Assembly: GCA_964016885.1 (NCBI GenBank)
Contig: OZ024751.1
Coordinates: forward strand, 49,972,001-50,036,000
From: Eledone cirrhosa
Lineage: Eukaryota
DNA: 64,000 bases
Direction: 5' to 3'
Positions 7,364-19,492 of this stretch are shown piece by piece (the first letter of the stretch is position 1; each line of letters starts with the position of its first letter). The translations under genes were made by a program, and so were the position numbers. Under the pieces are notes generated by a model, which worked only from the letters and a program-made list of their open reading frames with translations, was not told where the DNA came from and searched no databases.

Positions 7364-9454
7364 ATGGCTACGAAAAAGAAATTTCATACGTCACTCCCAC
7401 TCATTCCGTCTTCTTCTTCCTCAATCATCACTACAGCAGAGAGAAGATTGTCTCTCTCCCTCCCTTCTTTAAATGTGTCTCTCTCCCTCCCTTCTCTTTC
7501 GCAAGCGACGAAAGAAAAGAAAAGTCTCGTGCAAAGCGTGCAAGGTTTCTCCACGACGACGACGACAGCGACGAAACAGGTGTGCGGGAAATACGAAAAC
7601 CCAGTTCATTCGTCTGACGTCAGGAATAATAGCAGTAGCAGCCGTAATAACAACAGCAACAGTGACAATGAAAACAACAGTAGCAGCCGCAACAGCATCA
7701 CCAGCAGCATAAACAACAACAGCATTAGCAGCAGCAACACCAACAACAACCACAGCAACAGCGGCGGAGGCAGTAGTCGTAGTACCTGCAGCAACAACAA
7801 AAGTACCAGCAGCTCTGACGACAACAACAACAGCAGAGAAAAACCAATCTCATTTGCAGGTATTGCGAAAAACTTGGAAACAATCCTCATAACAAATGAG
7901 GAATTAGAGGAAGCGAAGAAGATGGTGACAAAGAACGGACACCGAGCAATCTGCAAGGCAGCGAAAAATTTTTTCGAAACCCAAGAGCACTGTACGGTCA
8001 CGTACCGTACAGTAAGTACAAAATCCCGTAGGGTGGAAAGAGCCACAGAGGCCCAAATACAAAAAGCCTTGGGGTCTGTGTGGCAGAGGAAAACGCACAT
8101 CACCCGAGGCAAAAAATACGCCACCGTAGACGTACTTTTTGCCACACCCCAGGAGGCAAAGGCCCAATCAGTAGTGACCCTAAGGAGCGAGGAAATGGTG
8201 TTGGTGCCCTCCTACTGCGGGCAAAAAATTGTGAGGGTCAAACTGACCCACGTCCCCCCCGAAATGACCCCTTCTTGGCTGGCCGCGTCTGTCCTCGTCG
8301 GAATCGAGGACAAAACAACTGTACTGCAAGTACAGAAAAAAGTAAGAGAAGATTGGGTCGGCTCCTCCATTGAGATGCTAATCCAAACCAACCAGGAGTG
8401 CATCGAAGCTATCCCGGATGTGATAGACTTCGATAACGGCACTCAACTGCCCATAAGTGTTGAGGGCAAACGCCCGAAATGCTTTCGCTGTGGATCGAAG
8501 ACTCACCTCAGGGCCTTCTGCAACGAGAAGACCCTGAGAAAGGAGAAAACCCCCCTCCTCCCGAATCCGGTTCCACGGCTACCAGCAACAGGACAAGCGG
8601 CAACCAGGAACGATAGGTCCGTGGCACCCATACCCACTCCACGGAAATCAAAGACAGCAGCAGCAGTGGAAATATTAACAACAACAACAGCAATACCAAA
8701 TGCAGCTGCAACAGAGACTCCAGTGCAAACATCACCAACAACAACAAGTGAAAGAGTGGAGCTGGTACCCCTCCCCGACCTTACAGAATCAGACATGGAG
8801 TGTGAGGTGGGAGAGGGATGGCAAAAGGTCTCAAGAAGGCACAAACGCAGAAGCAGCGCATCGTCGCCTTTGAAAAGGGAGGAAAGAAATGAGAAAAGGG
8901 TAAAGTCTACTGCAAAGAGACCCACAGCAGCAACACCACCAACACCATCACCACCCACACCAGCACCACCATCACCACCGGCGACAACCCCACCGCCAAC
9001 AACACCTTCAACACCACAAGCACCAACATCGCAAACACAACAACAAAACACACACACCCAGCAACAACGACAAGAAAATAGCAGAACCACACCCCACCCC
9101 CAGAAAAACAAATGCACGGCAATAAACACACACAACAAGAAACTAATGACTTACATAATTGAACACACAGACATTTCACAACAGGACTACATAATACCAG
9201 CACCAATCAAAACGCCAACTAACATAAGACTGCTAAAAATAGCACAGAAACAATACACAAACATTAAAACGAAATTCCCCAACGCAGTTGGTGATTTCAG
9301 GGACCTAGGAGGAACCATTAATCGAAGAGTATATTCAGACATTCTCTTAGAAGAGCCGACGACCAGCCGAAGGGACGATTCAACGGTCCCTTCACCAGAC
9401 GATCAAGTGAAAAGGGATGTAAAAACCATCCCTCCTCTACCAAAAATACGGTAA
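7364..9454 (+). CDS. ORF1p (696 aa)
   Basis: Identical to copy 1 except TPSTPPPQ to TPSTPQ. Confidence 0.9.
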   Translation: MATKKKFHTSLPLIPSSSSSIITTAERRLSLSLPSLNVSLSLPSLSQATKEKKSLVQSVQGFSTTTTTATKQVCGKYENPVHSSDVRNNSSSSRNNNSNSDNENNSSSRNSITSSINNNSISSSNTNNNHSNSGGGSSRSTCSNNKSTSSSDDNNNSREKPISFAGIAKNLETILITNEELEEAKKMVTKNGHRAICKAAKNFFETQEHCTVTYRTVSTKSRRVERATEAQIQKALGSVWQRKTHITRGKKYATVDVLFATPQEAKAQSVVTLRSEEMVLVPSYCGQKIVRVKLTHVPPEMTPSWLAASVLVGIEDKTTVLQVQKKVREDWVGSSIEMLIQTNQECIEAIPDVIDFDNGTQLPISVEGKRPKCFRCGSKTHLRAFCNEKTLRKEKTPLLPNPVPRLPATGQAATRNDRSVAPIPTPRKSKTAAAVEILTTTTAIPNAAATETPVQTSPTTTSERVELVPLPDLTESDMECEVGEGWQKVSRRHKRRSSASSPLKREERNEKRVKSTAKRPTAATPPTPSPPTPAPPSPPATTPPPTTPSTPQAPTSQTQQQNTHTQQQRQENSRTTPHPQKNKCTAINTHNKKLMTYIIEHTDISQQDYIIPAPIKTPTNIRLLKIAQKQYTNIKTKFPNAVGDFRDLGGTINRRVYSDILLEEPTTSRRDDSTVPSPDDQVKRDVKTIPPLPKIR

Positions 9455-9489
9455 GTGGTCTTTCCCATCTTTTCCACTCTATTTTAAAC

Positions 9490-12400
9490 ATGACCTCACT
9501 CAGAATAGGCAGCATAAATGCGCGTGGCTTGGGGTCGTCATGGAAGCAGGGTCACCTGCTCAACGACCTCAGGTCACTAAACATAGATGTAGTGGCCATC
9601 AGCGAGACCAGAATCTCCGAAGCACGGGCCTTCGCACCGATCTTCGGCGGCTACGATGTGTACGCATCTCCCAGCCGTCCTGGATCCGGTGGAGGAGTTG
9701 CTGTGCTTTTTCGGAGAGGTTTGGATCTCGCCATACGGGCCATCTTCCTGGACCCAGAGGGTAAGCTGGTGGTGCTGGACGTGACCAGCGGAGACGGGCA
9801 AGCTTTCAGGCTAGTGGCCGTCTATGCCCCGACAGGAGCAGGGCGGCCTGATTTCTTCCGGCGTCTGGAGACCTTTCTTGGAACGTCGCGCTCTTTAGTG
9901 TTAGTGGGCGACTGGAACGGGATCTTAGATGCACGCTGGGACTGTGTGGGATTAGCGGATAGGGGTGGAGGGTGCAAGAGCCTCACCAACCTGCTCAGGC
10001 GTTTTGAACTGTCTGACAGGTACCGATTGGATTTCCCGAATGTGCCAATGTGGACTTGGACAAACCGCATAGGGTCATCCAGATCATATCTAGATAGAGT
10101 ATTTTGTAGGGAAATAGATAGGTCTAGCATAGGCTGTCCACAATTCAAGATAGTCAGCTACACGGACCACAAATTCGTGATCTGTGTGCTTGACTTAGAT
10201 AGGCTTCATAGACGAGGACCCGGCTACTGGAAGCTAAACGCGTCCTTACCAGCGCGCAAGGCCTACAGAGACCGGATTAGCGAACTAGTTAAGCGGGCGT
10301 TGACGGGGGCCATCGTCAACAACAAGTGGTGGTTTGCTCTGAAAAGAGCGATTAGAATAGAATCGATTAGGTTTAGTAAAGCTTTAGCAATAGAGAAAAA
10401 TAGAGCAGAGGGAGAACTAGTTAGAAAATTAGACGAGGCGCTTAGCAAAGGCATTGCGACCGACGTGCTTGCGGCGAAATTGGCCCTTGACCAATTCTTC
10501 AATGCAAAGCACGAAGGCTGCGTTGTCAGAGCTAGGGTGCGTGCTCTCAGACACGAGGGGACGAAAGCCGTTCAATGGGCCCGAGTGGCGGAGGCGCGTC
10601 GTGGCAACAAAGCCACGATCCGGTCTTTGGTGGACCACGACGGGCGCATGCTACTCGATCCCGGGCAAATGTGTGAAGCTTTTCAGCGACACTTCGCTCA
10701 GCTGTTCGGGGGCAGCGGGGGGCCGGGTAGAGGGATGGACTTTAGTGTCTACCTCGACGGACTGCCGCGGCTCTCGGCCACTGAGGCGAAGTGTTGCGAA
10801 AAGCCGATAACAGCCGCTGAAGTAAGGGAGGCAATGACTGGCTGCACAAGGGGTAAATCGCCTGGTTTGGATGGTCTGCCCTATGAACTTTACGTACAGA
10901 TGCCAGACTTGTTCGGAGGCCTCTTGGCGGACGTCTACTGCAACTGGCAACAGAACGGGAGAATTCCCAGTTCTGTGAGCCGAGGAGCGGTGGCACTGCT
11001 GAGAAAGGATCCGAACAAGGGGGATAACATAGACAATTTCCGGCCCATAACTCTGCTAAACACAGAGTTTAAGATTTTGGCCAAGGTGCTAGCAAAGAGG
11101 TTGGCGCTTGTCGTTGGTGGTCTGGTGGGAGAGGCGCAGACATGCGCCATTCCCGACAGATCCATCCACGACAACCTCCACCTCATGCGATACATCGTAG
11201 AGAGGGTAGCTAGGGAACCTGGCACGGGTGGGTCCTTGATCAATTTAGATCAGTCGAAAGCTTTCGATAGGGTCGACCATCGTTACCTAGCGGCAGTCCT
11301 GAGGGCGGCTGGCTTTGGGCCCGTCTTCAGAGGCTGGATCGCTGCCATGCACAGCGACATCTGCTCTGTGGTGAGAGTGAACGGTCACCTGTCGGAACCG
11401 TTCAACATCATGCGCTCGGTCCGCCAAGGATGTCCCCTCTCGTCCCTCTTGTACGTATTGACTCTCGAGCCATTACTGCACAAACTGGAGACGTTGAGGG
11501 GAGTCCCGCGCGAACTAGGATGCGGAAGATCCGTGTCAGCATATGCCGACGATGTCACCGTAGTGGTGTCGAACGCCAAACACATCGAGGCGATCGGCAC
11601 TACACTAAGAGAATACGAAGCGGTGACAGGAGCAATGATCAACCAGGAAAAGTCAGTGGGCCTGCAGCTCGGCACCTGGAGAGGCAGGTCCATGCCGTCC
11701 AACAGCGTCGTCGGGCGCTGGACGGACGGACCGGTTAAATTGCTAGGGGTCTGGTTCGGTCCGGACCTCCAGACGGACAAAAACTGGGACGAGGTGACGA
11801 GCAGGGTGGCTTCTCTCACCCAGAAATGGGCGGAGAGGAAGCTATCCCTGAAAGGTCGAGCGGAGGTGGCTAACGCGTACATCGCGTCTGTCATCTGCTA
11901 CCGCCTAACCGTCGTACCTTGTCCTAAGCCTCGCCTGACTGCGCTGGAGCGTTTGCTCTTTCGCTTTTTGTGGAAGGGACGTGCTCCGATGGTCAGGCGG
12001 TCCATCTGTTGTCAACACCCGCTACGTGGAGGGCTGGGCATGCCGTGGCTGATGATGCGCAGGCACGCGCTCAGGCTACGACATCTCCACCTCTTCCTCG
12101 ACGGTGATCAGGTGTGGTCGCCGTTTGCTAGACGCGTTTTTCCCCAGCTCGTTTCCTTGACGGAGCTGCAGTCCTGGGTCAAGCGAAGACCGAGAGGGAG
12201 CGCCTGGAGACTGGAATGTCTTCAGGCGCTCACAGCCCTCGACCAATCGGGCAATGTGATCGGTGGAAACTCCACCTCGGCGTTCTATAGAGGATTAGTG
12301 GAGGGGAAGAGCGACGACGTACTTGGGGAAACTCTAGGCGTCGACGAAAATCAACTAGCCAATCTCTTCGGAAGAACTTTCGGGCCGGGGCCTATGGACA

Positions 12401-12909
12401 ACTTCCAGAAATCTCTGGCCTGGCAGTGCTACCGAGGAGCCTTGCCAGTTCGGGATAAACTCTACAGGCATGGAGGTGCCGTCAGCCGGGCATGTCCGAG
12501 ATGCGCGCAGGGCGACGAAACCGTCCTGCACGCACTCGTCCAATGTCCGAAAATTGCTGACTTGTGGGTTTATGTCGAACACCTGCTGTCGCGTTTAGGA
12601 CGGATCCAGCTATCATCTGAGTCTATCGTGAGGATTGCCCCGCCCTCCTCCTTTAGCCGGGAAGGGCAGGCAGTTTTTATCTGTCTGGTGGCCATGGCGA
12701 AAGAGATAGTATGGTGGACACGTTTGAAAGGGCTGAAGACGAGCACTTACCTCTTCGGTGATGCTCTGATTGACTTTTTCAAATTTCATTTGAAAAGGAA
12801 AATCAGAGTAGAGAAGGAAGTGCTCTCTTCCCAGCATTTTCTTGAAAGATGGGTGAGAGAAGCAAGAATGGCCCGAGTGAATGGGCCGACTCTGAGTATA
12901 TATCTGTAA
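9490..12909 (+). CDS. ORF2p APE-RT (1139 aa)
   Basis: All APE, RT and CCHC motifs intact. Confidence 0.97.
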   Translation: MTSLRIGSINARGLGSSWKQGHLLNDLRSLNIDVVAISETRISEARAFAPIFGGYDVYASPSRPGSGGGVAVLFRRGLDLAIRAIFLDPEGKLVVLDVTSGDGQAFRLVAVYAPTGAGRPDFFRRLETFLGTSRSLVLVGDWNGILDARWDCVGLADRGGGCKSLTNLLRRFELSDRYRLDFPNVPMWTWTNRIGSSRSYLDRVFCREIDRSSIGCPQFKIVSYTDHKFVICVLDLDRLHRRGPGYWKLNASLPARKAYRDRISELVKRALTGAIVNNKWWFALKRAIRIESIRFSKALAIEKNRAEGELVRKLDEALSKGIATDVLAAKLALDQFFNAKHEGCVVRARVRALRHEGTKAVQWARVAEARRGNKATIRSLVDHDGRMLLDPGQMCEAFQRHFAQLFGGSGGPGRGMDFSVYLDGLPRLSATEAKCCEKPITAAEVREAMTGCTRGKSPGLDGLPYELYVQMPDLFGGLLADVYCNWQQNGRIPSSVSRGAVALLRKDPNKGDNIDNFRPITLLNTEFKILAKVLAKRLALVVGGLVGEAQTCAIPDRSIHDNLHLMRYIVERVAREPGTGGSLINLDQSKAFDRVDHRYLAAVLRAAGFGPVFRGWIAAMHSDICSVVRVNGHLSEPFNIMRSVRQGCPLSSLLYVLTLEPLLHKLETLRGVPRELGCGRSVSAYADDVTVVVSNAKHIEAIGTTLREYEAVTGAMINQEKSVGLQLGTWRGRSMPSNSVVGRWTDGPVKLLGVWFGPDLQTDKNWDEVTSRVASLTQKWAERKLSLKGRAEVANAYIASVICYRLTVVPCPKPRLTALERLLFRFLWKGRAPMVRRSICCQHPLRGGLGMPWLMMRRHALRLRHLHLFLDGDQVWSPFARRVFPQLVSLTELQSWVKRRPRGSAWRLECLQALTALDQSGNVIGGNSTSAFYRGLVEGKSDDVLGETLGVDENQLANLFGRTFGPGPMDNFQKSLAWQCYRGALPVRDKLYRHGGAVSRACPRCAQGDETVLHALVQCPKIADLWVYVEHLLSRLGRIQLSSESIVRIAPPSSFSREGQAVFICLVAMAKEIVWWTRLKGLKTSTYLFGDALIDFFKFHLKRKIRVEKEVLSSQHFLERWVREARMARVNGPTLSIYL

Positions 12910-13427
12910 ACTAAAGGTGGAAAACTGGGAGAGGGCACTTGCCTTGGTGGTCAGGGTCATTGTGGCTTTTTACTGGGCTTTCTCCACAAATGTCCCTCCG
13001 AAGTCTCCCCCCTATTGGGGAATTTTTCATTGTTATTTTCATTGTTATTTTTGTTACATCCTCTGTTTTTGTTTTTTACACGCAGAAATGCCCATTTGTA
13101 CCGTCCTGCATTGTCCTGCACTGTCCTTAATGTCTACTTTATGTAAACCCTTGTGGTTAATAAAGAAATCATTATTTTGTAACTATTATTATTATCATTA
13201 TTATTATTATTATTGAATGCCATGGTTGACGGAGGCTCGGCTCTGTAAGGTATAGTAATTTTTAACCGTTAAAACAATTGTAAATTGTTTAAAACTTGAA
13301 CCAAATTGTTGATAAAGACACCCTCCTCCTCGTGAGAGGGGTCTTTCTGTCCGTTATTTGGCCCTTCGGGGTTAAATAGCCAGTTATTGGGGTTTTGTAC
13401 CCAAAATTTCATTTTAAACAAAAAAAC

Positions 13428-15527
13428 ATGGCTACCAAAAAAAAAAAATTTCATACGTCACTCCCACTCATTCCGTCTTCTTCTTCCTCAATCATCACTA
13501 CAGGAGAGAGAAGATTGTCTCTCTCCCTCCCTTCTTTAAATGTGTCTCTCTCCCTACCTTCTCTTTCGCAAGCGACGAAAGAAAAGAAAAGTCTCGTGCA
13601 AAGCGTGCAAGGTTTCTCCACGACGACGACGACAGCGACGAAACAGGTGTGCGGGAAATACGAAAACCCAGTTCATTCGTCTGACGTCAGGAATAATAGC
13701 AGTAGCAGCCGTAATAACAACAGCAACAGTGACAATGAAAACAACAGTAGCAGCCGCAACAGCATCACCAGCAGCATAAACAACAACAGCATTAGCAGCA
13801 GCAACACCAACAACAACCACAGCAACAGCGGCGGAGGCAGTAGTCGTAGTACCTGCAGCAACAACAAAAGTACCAGCAGCTCTGACGACAACAACAACAG
13901 CAGAGAAAAACCAATCTCATTTGCAGGTATTGCGAAAAACCTGGAAACAATCCTCATAACAAATGAGGAATTAGAGGAAGCGAAGAAGATGGTGACAAAG
14001 AACGGACACCGAGCAATCTGCAAGGCAGCGAAAAATTTTTTCGAAACCCAAGAGCACTGTACGGTCACGTACCGTACAGTAAGTACAAAATCCCGTAGGG
14101 TGGAAAGAGCCACAGAGGCCCAAATACAAAAAGCCTTGGGGTCTGTGTGGCAGAGGAAAACGCACATCACCCGAGGCAAAAAATACGCCACCGTAGACGT
14201 ACTTTTTGCCACACCCCAGGAGGCAAAGGCCCAATCAGTAGTGACCCTAAGGAGCGAGGAAATGGTGTTGGTGCCCTCCTACTGCGGGCAAAAAATTGTG
14301 AGGGTCAAACTGACCCACGTCCCCCCCGGAATGACCCCTTCTTGGCTGGCCGCGTCTGTCCTCGTCGGAATCGAGGACAAAACAACTGTACTGCAAGTAC
14401 AGAAAAAAGTAAGAGAAGATTGGGTCGGCTCCTCCATTGAGATGCTAATCCAAACCAACCAGGAGTGCATCGAAGCTATCCCGGATGTGATAGACTTCGA
14501 TAACGGCACTCAACTGCCCATAAGTGTTGAGGGCAAACGCCCGAAATGCTTTCGCTGTGGATCGAAGACTCACCTCAGGGCCTTCTGCAACGAGAAGACC
14601 CTGAGAAAGGAGAAAACCCCCCTCCTCCCGAATCCGGTTCCACGGCTACCAGCAACAGGACAAGCGGCAACCAGGAACGATAGGTCCGTGGCACCCATAC
14701 CCACTCCACGGAAATCAAAGACAGCAGCAGCAGTGGAAATATTAACAACAACAACAGCAATACCAAATGCAGCTGCAACAGAGACTCCAGTGCAAACATC
14801 ACCAACAACAACAAGTGAAAGAGTGGAGCTGGTACCCCTCCCCGACCTTACAGAATCAGACATGGAGTGTGAGGTGGGAGAGGGATGGCAAAAGGTCTCA
14901 AGAAGGCACAAACGCAGAAGCAGCGCATCGTCGCCTTTGAAAAGGGAGGAAAGAAATGAGAAAAGGGTAAAGTCTACTGCAAAGAGACCCACAGCAGCAA
15001 CACCACCAACACCATCACCACCCACACCAGCACCACCATCACCACCGGCGACAACCCCACCGCCAACAACACCTTCAACACCACCACCACAAGCACCAAC
15101 ATCGCAAACACAACAACAAAACACACACACCCAGCAACAACGACAAGAAAATAGCAGAACCACACCCCACCCCCAGAAAAACAAATGCACGGCAATAAAC
15201 ACACACAACAAGAAACTAATGACTTACATAATTGAACACACAGACATTTCACAACAGGACTACATAATACCAGCACCAATCAAAACGCCAACTAACATAA
15301 GACTGCTAAAAATAGCACAGAAACAATACACAAACATTAAAACGAAATTCCCCAACGCAGTTGGTGATTTCAGGGACCTAGGAGGAACCATTAATCGAAG
15401 AGTATATTCAGACATTCTCTTAGAAGAGCCGACGACCAGCCGAAGGGACGATTCAACGGTCCCTTCACCAGACGATCAAGTGAAAAGGGATGTAAAAACC
15501 ATCCCTCCTCTACCAAAAATACGGTAA
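13428..15527 (+). CDS. ORF1p (699 aa from the homologous ATG)
   Basis: MATKKKKFH start at 13428. The ORF track's 13395 start is an upstream TTG. Confidence 0.88.
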   Translation: MATKKKKFHTSLPLIPSSSSSIITTGERRLSLSLPSLNVSLSLPSLSQATKEKKSLVQSVQGFSTTTTTATKQVCGKYENPVHSSDVRNNSSSSRNNNSNSDNENNSSSRNSITSSINNNSISSSNTNNNHSNSGGGSSRSTCSNNKSTSSSDDNNNSREKPISFAGIAKNLETILITNEELEEAKKMVTKNGHRAICKAAKNFFETQEHCTVTYRTVSTKSRRVERATEAQIQKALGSVWQRKTHITRGKKYATVDVLFATPQEAKAQSVVTLRSEEMVLVPSYCGQKIVRVKLTHVPPGMTPSWLAASVLVGIEDKTTVLQVQKKVREDWVGSSIEMLIQTNQECIEAIPDVIDFDNGTQLPISVEGKRPKCFRCGSKTHLRAFCNEKTLRKEKTPLLPNPVPRLPATGQAATRNDRSVAPIPTPRKSKTAAAVEILTTTTAIPNAAATETPVQTSPTTTSERVELVPLPDLTESDMECEVGEGWQKVSRRHKRRSSASSPLKREERNEKRVKSTAKRPTAATPPTPSPPTPAPPSPPATTPPPTTPSTPPPQAPTSQTQQQNTHTQQQRQENSRTTPHPQKNKCTAINTHNKKLMTYIIEHTDISQQDYIIPAPIKTPTNIRLLKIAQKQYTNIKTKFPNAVGDFRDLGGTINRRVYSDILLEEPTTSRRDDSTVPSPDDQVKRDVKTIPPLPKIR

Positions 15528-15562
15528 GTGGTCTTTCCCATCTTTTCCACTCTATTTTAAAC

Positions 15563-18500
15563 ATGACCTCACTCAGAATAGGCAGCATAAATGCGCGTGG
15601 CTTGGGGTCGTCATGGAAGCAGGGTCACCTGCTCAACGACCTCAGGTCACTAAACATAGATGTAGTGGCCATCAGCGAGACCAGAATCTCCGAAGCACGG
15701 GCCTTCGCACCGATCTTCGGCGGCTACGATGTGTACGCATCTCCCAGCCGTCCTGGATCGGGGGCAGGAGTTGCTGTGCTTTTTCGGAGAGGTTTGGATC
15801 TCGCCATACGGGCCATCTTCCTGGACCCAGAGGGTAAGCTGGTGGTGCTGGACGTGACCAGCGGAGACGGGCAAGCTTTCAGGCTAGTGGCCGTCTATGC
15901 CCCGACAGGAGCAGGGCGGCCTGATTTCTTCCGGCGTCTGGAGACCTTTCTTGGAACGTCGCGCTCTTTAGTGTTAGTGGGCGACTGGAACGGGATCTTA
16001 GATGCACGCTAGGACTGTGTGGGATTAGCGGATAGGGGTGGAGGGTGCAAGAGCCTCACCAACCTGCTCAGGCGTTTTGAACTGTCTGACAGGTACCGAT
16101 TGGATTTCCCGAATGTGCCAATGTGGACTTGGACAAACCGCATAGGGTCATCCAGATCATATCTAGATAGAGTATTTTGTAGGGAAATAGATAGGTCTAG
16201 CATAGGCTGTCCACAATTCAAGATAGTCAGCTACACGGACCACAAATTCGTGATCTGTGTGCTTGACTTAGATAGGCTTCATAGACGAGGACCCGGCTAC
16301 TGGAAGCTAAACGCGTCCTTACCAGCGCGCAAGGCCTACAGAGACCGGATTAGCGAACTAGTTAAGCGGGCGTTGACGGGGGCCATCGTCAACAACAAGT
16401 GGTGGTTTGCTCTGAAAAGAGCGATTAGAATAGAATCGATTAGGTTTAGTAAGGCTTTAGCAATAGAGAAAAATAGAGCAGAGGGAGAACTAGTTAGAAA
16501 ATTAGACGAGGCGCTTAGCAAAGGCATTGCGACCGACGTGCTTGCGGCGAAATTGGCCCTTGACCAATTCTTCAATGCAAAGCACGAAGGCTGCGTTGTC
16601 AGAGCTAGGGTGCGTGCTCTCAGACACGAGGGGACGAAAGCCGTTCAATGGGCCCGAGTGGCGGAGGCGCGTCGTGGCAACAAAGCCACGATCCGGTCTT
16701 TGGTGGACCACGACGGGCGCATGCTACTCGATCCCGGGCAAATGTGTGAAGCTTTTCAGCGACACTTCGCTCAGCTGTTCGGGGGCAGCGGGGGGCCGGG
16801 TAGAGGGATGGACTTTAGTGTCTACCTCGACGGACTGCCGCGGCTCTCGGCCACTGAGGCGAAGTGTTGCGAAAAGCCGATAACAGCCGCTGAAGTAAGG
16901 GAGGCAATGACTGGCTGCACAAGGGGTAAATCGCCTGGTTTGGATGGTCTGCCCTATGAACTTTACGTACAGATGCCAGACTTGTTCGGAGGCCTCTTGG
17001 CGGACGTCTACTGCAACTGGCAACAGAACGGGAGAATTCCCAGTTCTGTGAGCCGAGGAGCGGTGGCACTGCTGAGAAAGGATCCGAACAAGGGGGATAA
17101 CATAGACAATTTCCGGCCCATAACTCTGCTAAACACAGAGTTTAAGATTTTGGCCAAGGTGCTAGCAAAGAGGTTGGCGCTTGTCGTTGGTGGTCTGGTG
17201 GGAGAGGCGCAGACATGCGCCATTCCCGACAGATCCATCCACGACAACCTCCACCTCATGCGATACATCGTAGAGAGGGTAGCTAGGGAACCTGGCACGG
17301 GTGGGTCCTTGATCAATTTAGATCAGTCGAAAGCTTTCGATAGGGTCGACCATCGTTACCTAGCGGCAGTCCTGAGGGCGGCTGGCTTTGGGCCCGTCTT
17401 CAGAGGCTGGATCGCTGCCATGCACAGCGACATCTGCTCTGTGGTGAGAGTGAACGGTCACCTGTCGGAACCGTTCAACATCATGCGCTCGGTCCGCCAA
17501 GGATGTCCCCTCTCGTCCCTCTTGTACGTATTGACTCTCGAGCCATTACTGCACAAACTGGAGACGTTGAGGGGAGTCCCGCGCGAACTAGGATGCGGAA
17601 GATCCGTGTCAGCATATGCGGACGATGTCACCGTAGTGGTGTCGAACGCCAAACACATCGAGGCGATCGGCACTACACTAAGAGAATACGAAGCGGTGAC
17701 AGGAGCAATGATCAACCAGGAAAAGTCAGTGGGCCTGCAGCTCGGCACCTGGAGAGGCAGGTCCATGCCGTCCAACAGCGTCGTCGGGCGCTGGACGGAC
17801 GGACCGGTTAAATTGCTAGGGGTCTGGTTCGGTCCGGACCTCCAGACGGACAAAAACTGGGACGAGGTGACGAGCAGGGTGGCTTCTCTCACCCAGAAAT
17901 GGGCGGAGAGGAAGCTATCCCTGAAAGGTCGAGCGGAGGTGGCTAACGCGTACATCGCGTCTGTCATCTGCTACCGCCTAACCGTCGTACCTTGTCCTAA
18001 GCCTCGCCTGACTGCGCTGGAGCGTTTGCTCTTTCGCTTTTTGTGGAAGGGACGTGCTCCGATGGTCAGGCGGTCCATCTGTTGTCAACACCCGCTACGT
18101 GGAGGGCTGGGCATGCCGTGGCTGATGATGCGCAGGCACGCGCTCAGGCTACGACATCTCCACCTCTTCCTCGACGGTGATCAGGTGTGGTCGCCGTTTG
18201 CTAGACGCGTTTTTCCCCAGCTCGTTTCCTTGACGGAGCTGCAGTCCTGGGTCAAGCGAAGACCGAGAGGGAGCGCCTGGAGACTGGAATGTCTTCAGGC
18301 GCTCACAGCCCTCGACCAATCGGGCAATGTGATCGGTGGAAACTCCACCTCGGCGTTCTATAGAGGATTAGTGGAGGGGAAGAGCGACGACGTACTTGGG
18401 GAAACTCTAGGCGTCGACGAAAATCAACTAGCCAATCTCTTCGGAAGAACCTTCGGGCCAGGGCCTATGGACAACTTCCAGAAATCTCTGGCCTGGCAGT

Positions 18501-18982
18501 GCTACCGAGGAGCCTTGCCAGTTCGGGATAAACTCTACAGGCATGGAGGTGCCGTCAGCCGGGCATGTCCGAGATGCGCGCAGGGCGACGAAACCGTCCT
18601 GCACGCACTCGTCCAGTGTCCGAAAATTGCTGACTTGTGGGTTTATGTCGAACACCTGCTGTCGCGTTTAGGACGGATCCAGCTATCATCTGAGTCTATC
18701 GTGAGGATTGCCCCGCCCTCCTCCTTTAGCCGGGAAGGGCAGGCAGTTTTTATCTGTCTGGTGGCCATGGCGAAAGAGATAGTATGGTGGACACGTTTGA
18801 AAGGGCTGAAGACGAGCACTTACCTCTTCGGTGATGCTCTGATTGACTTTTTCAAATTTCATTTGAAAAGGAAAATCAGAGTAGAGAAGGAAGTGCTCTC
18901 TTCCCAGCATTTTGTTGAAAGATGGGTGAGAGAAGCAAGAATGGCCCGAGTGAATGGGCCGACTCTGAGTATATATCTGTAA
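15563..18982 (+). pseudogene. ORF2 interrupted by W150-stop inside the endonuclease domain
   Basis: GCACGCTAGGAC here versus GCACGCTGGGAC in intact copies. The reading frame is otherwise open. Confidence 0.9.
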
Positions 18983-19492
18983 ACTAAAGGTGGAAAACTG
19001 GGAGAGGGCACTTGCCTTGGTGGTCAGGGTCATTGTGGCTTTTTACTGGGCTTTCTCCACAAATGTTCCTCCGAAGTCTCCCCCCTATTGGGGAATTTTT
19101 CATTGTTATTTTCATTGTTATTTTTGTTACATCCTCTATTTTTGTTTTTTTTACACGCAGAAATGCCCATTTGTACCGTCCTGCATTGTCCTGCACTGTC
19201 CTTAATGTCTACTTTATGTAAACCCTTGTGGTTAATAAAGAAATCATTATTATCATTATCATTATTATTATTATTATTGAATGCCATGGTTGACGGAGGC
19301 TCGGCTCTGTAAGGTATAGTAATTTTTAACCGTTAAAACAATTGTAAATTGTTTAAAACTTGAACCAAATTGTTGATAAAGACACCCTCCTCCTCGTGAG
19401 AGGGGTCTTTCTGTCCGTTATTTGGCCCTTCGGGGTTAAATAACCAGTTATTGGGGTTTTGTACCCAATATTCATTTTAAACAAAAAACAAC

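Larger units (their letters stand above)
7150..13168 (+). mobile_element. Tx1-like element, copy 2 (intact; 6-bp in-frame deletion in ORF1)
   Basis: Same architecture as copy 1. Confidence 0.93.
13215..19243 (+). mobile_element. Tx1-like element, copy 3 (variant 5' haplotype; ORF2 nonsense mutation)
   Basis: Same architecture. TGG to TAG at 16010-16012. Confidence 0.93.

Noticed and set aside
13395-13427. N-terminal extension giving a 710-aa ORF1 in copies 3, 8 and 9
   Set aside because: Begins at a TTG that is only brought into frame by a 1-nt indel. The homologous ATG is at 13428.
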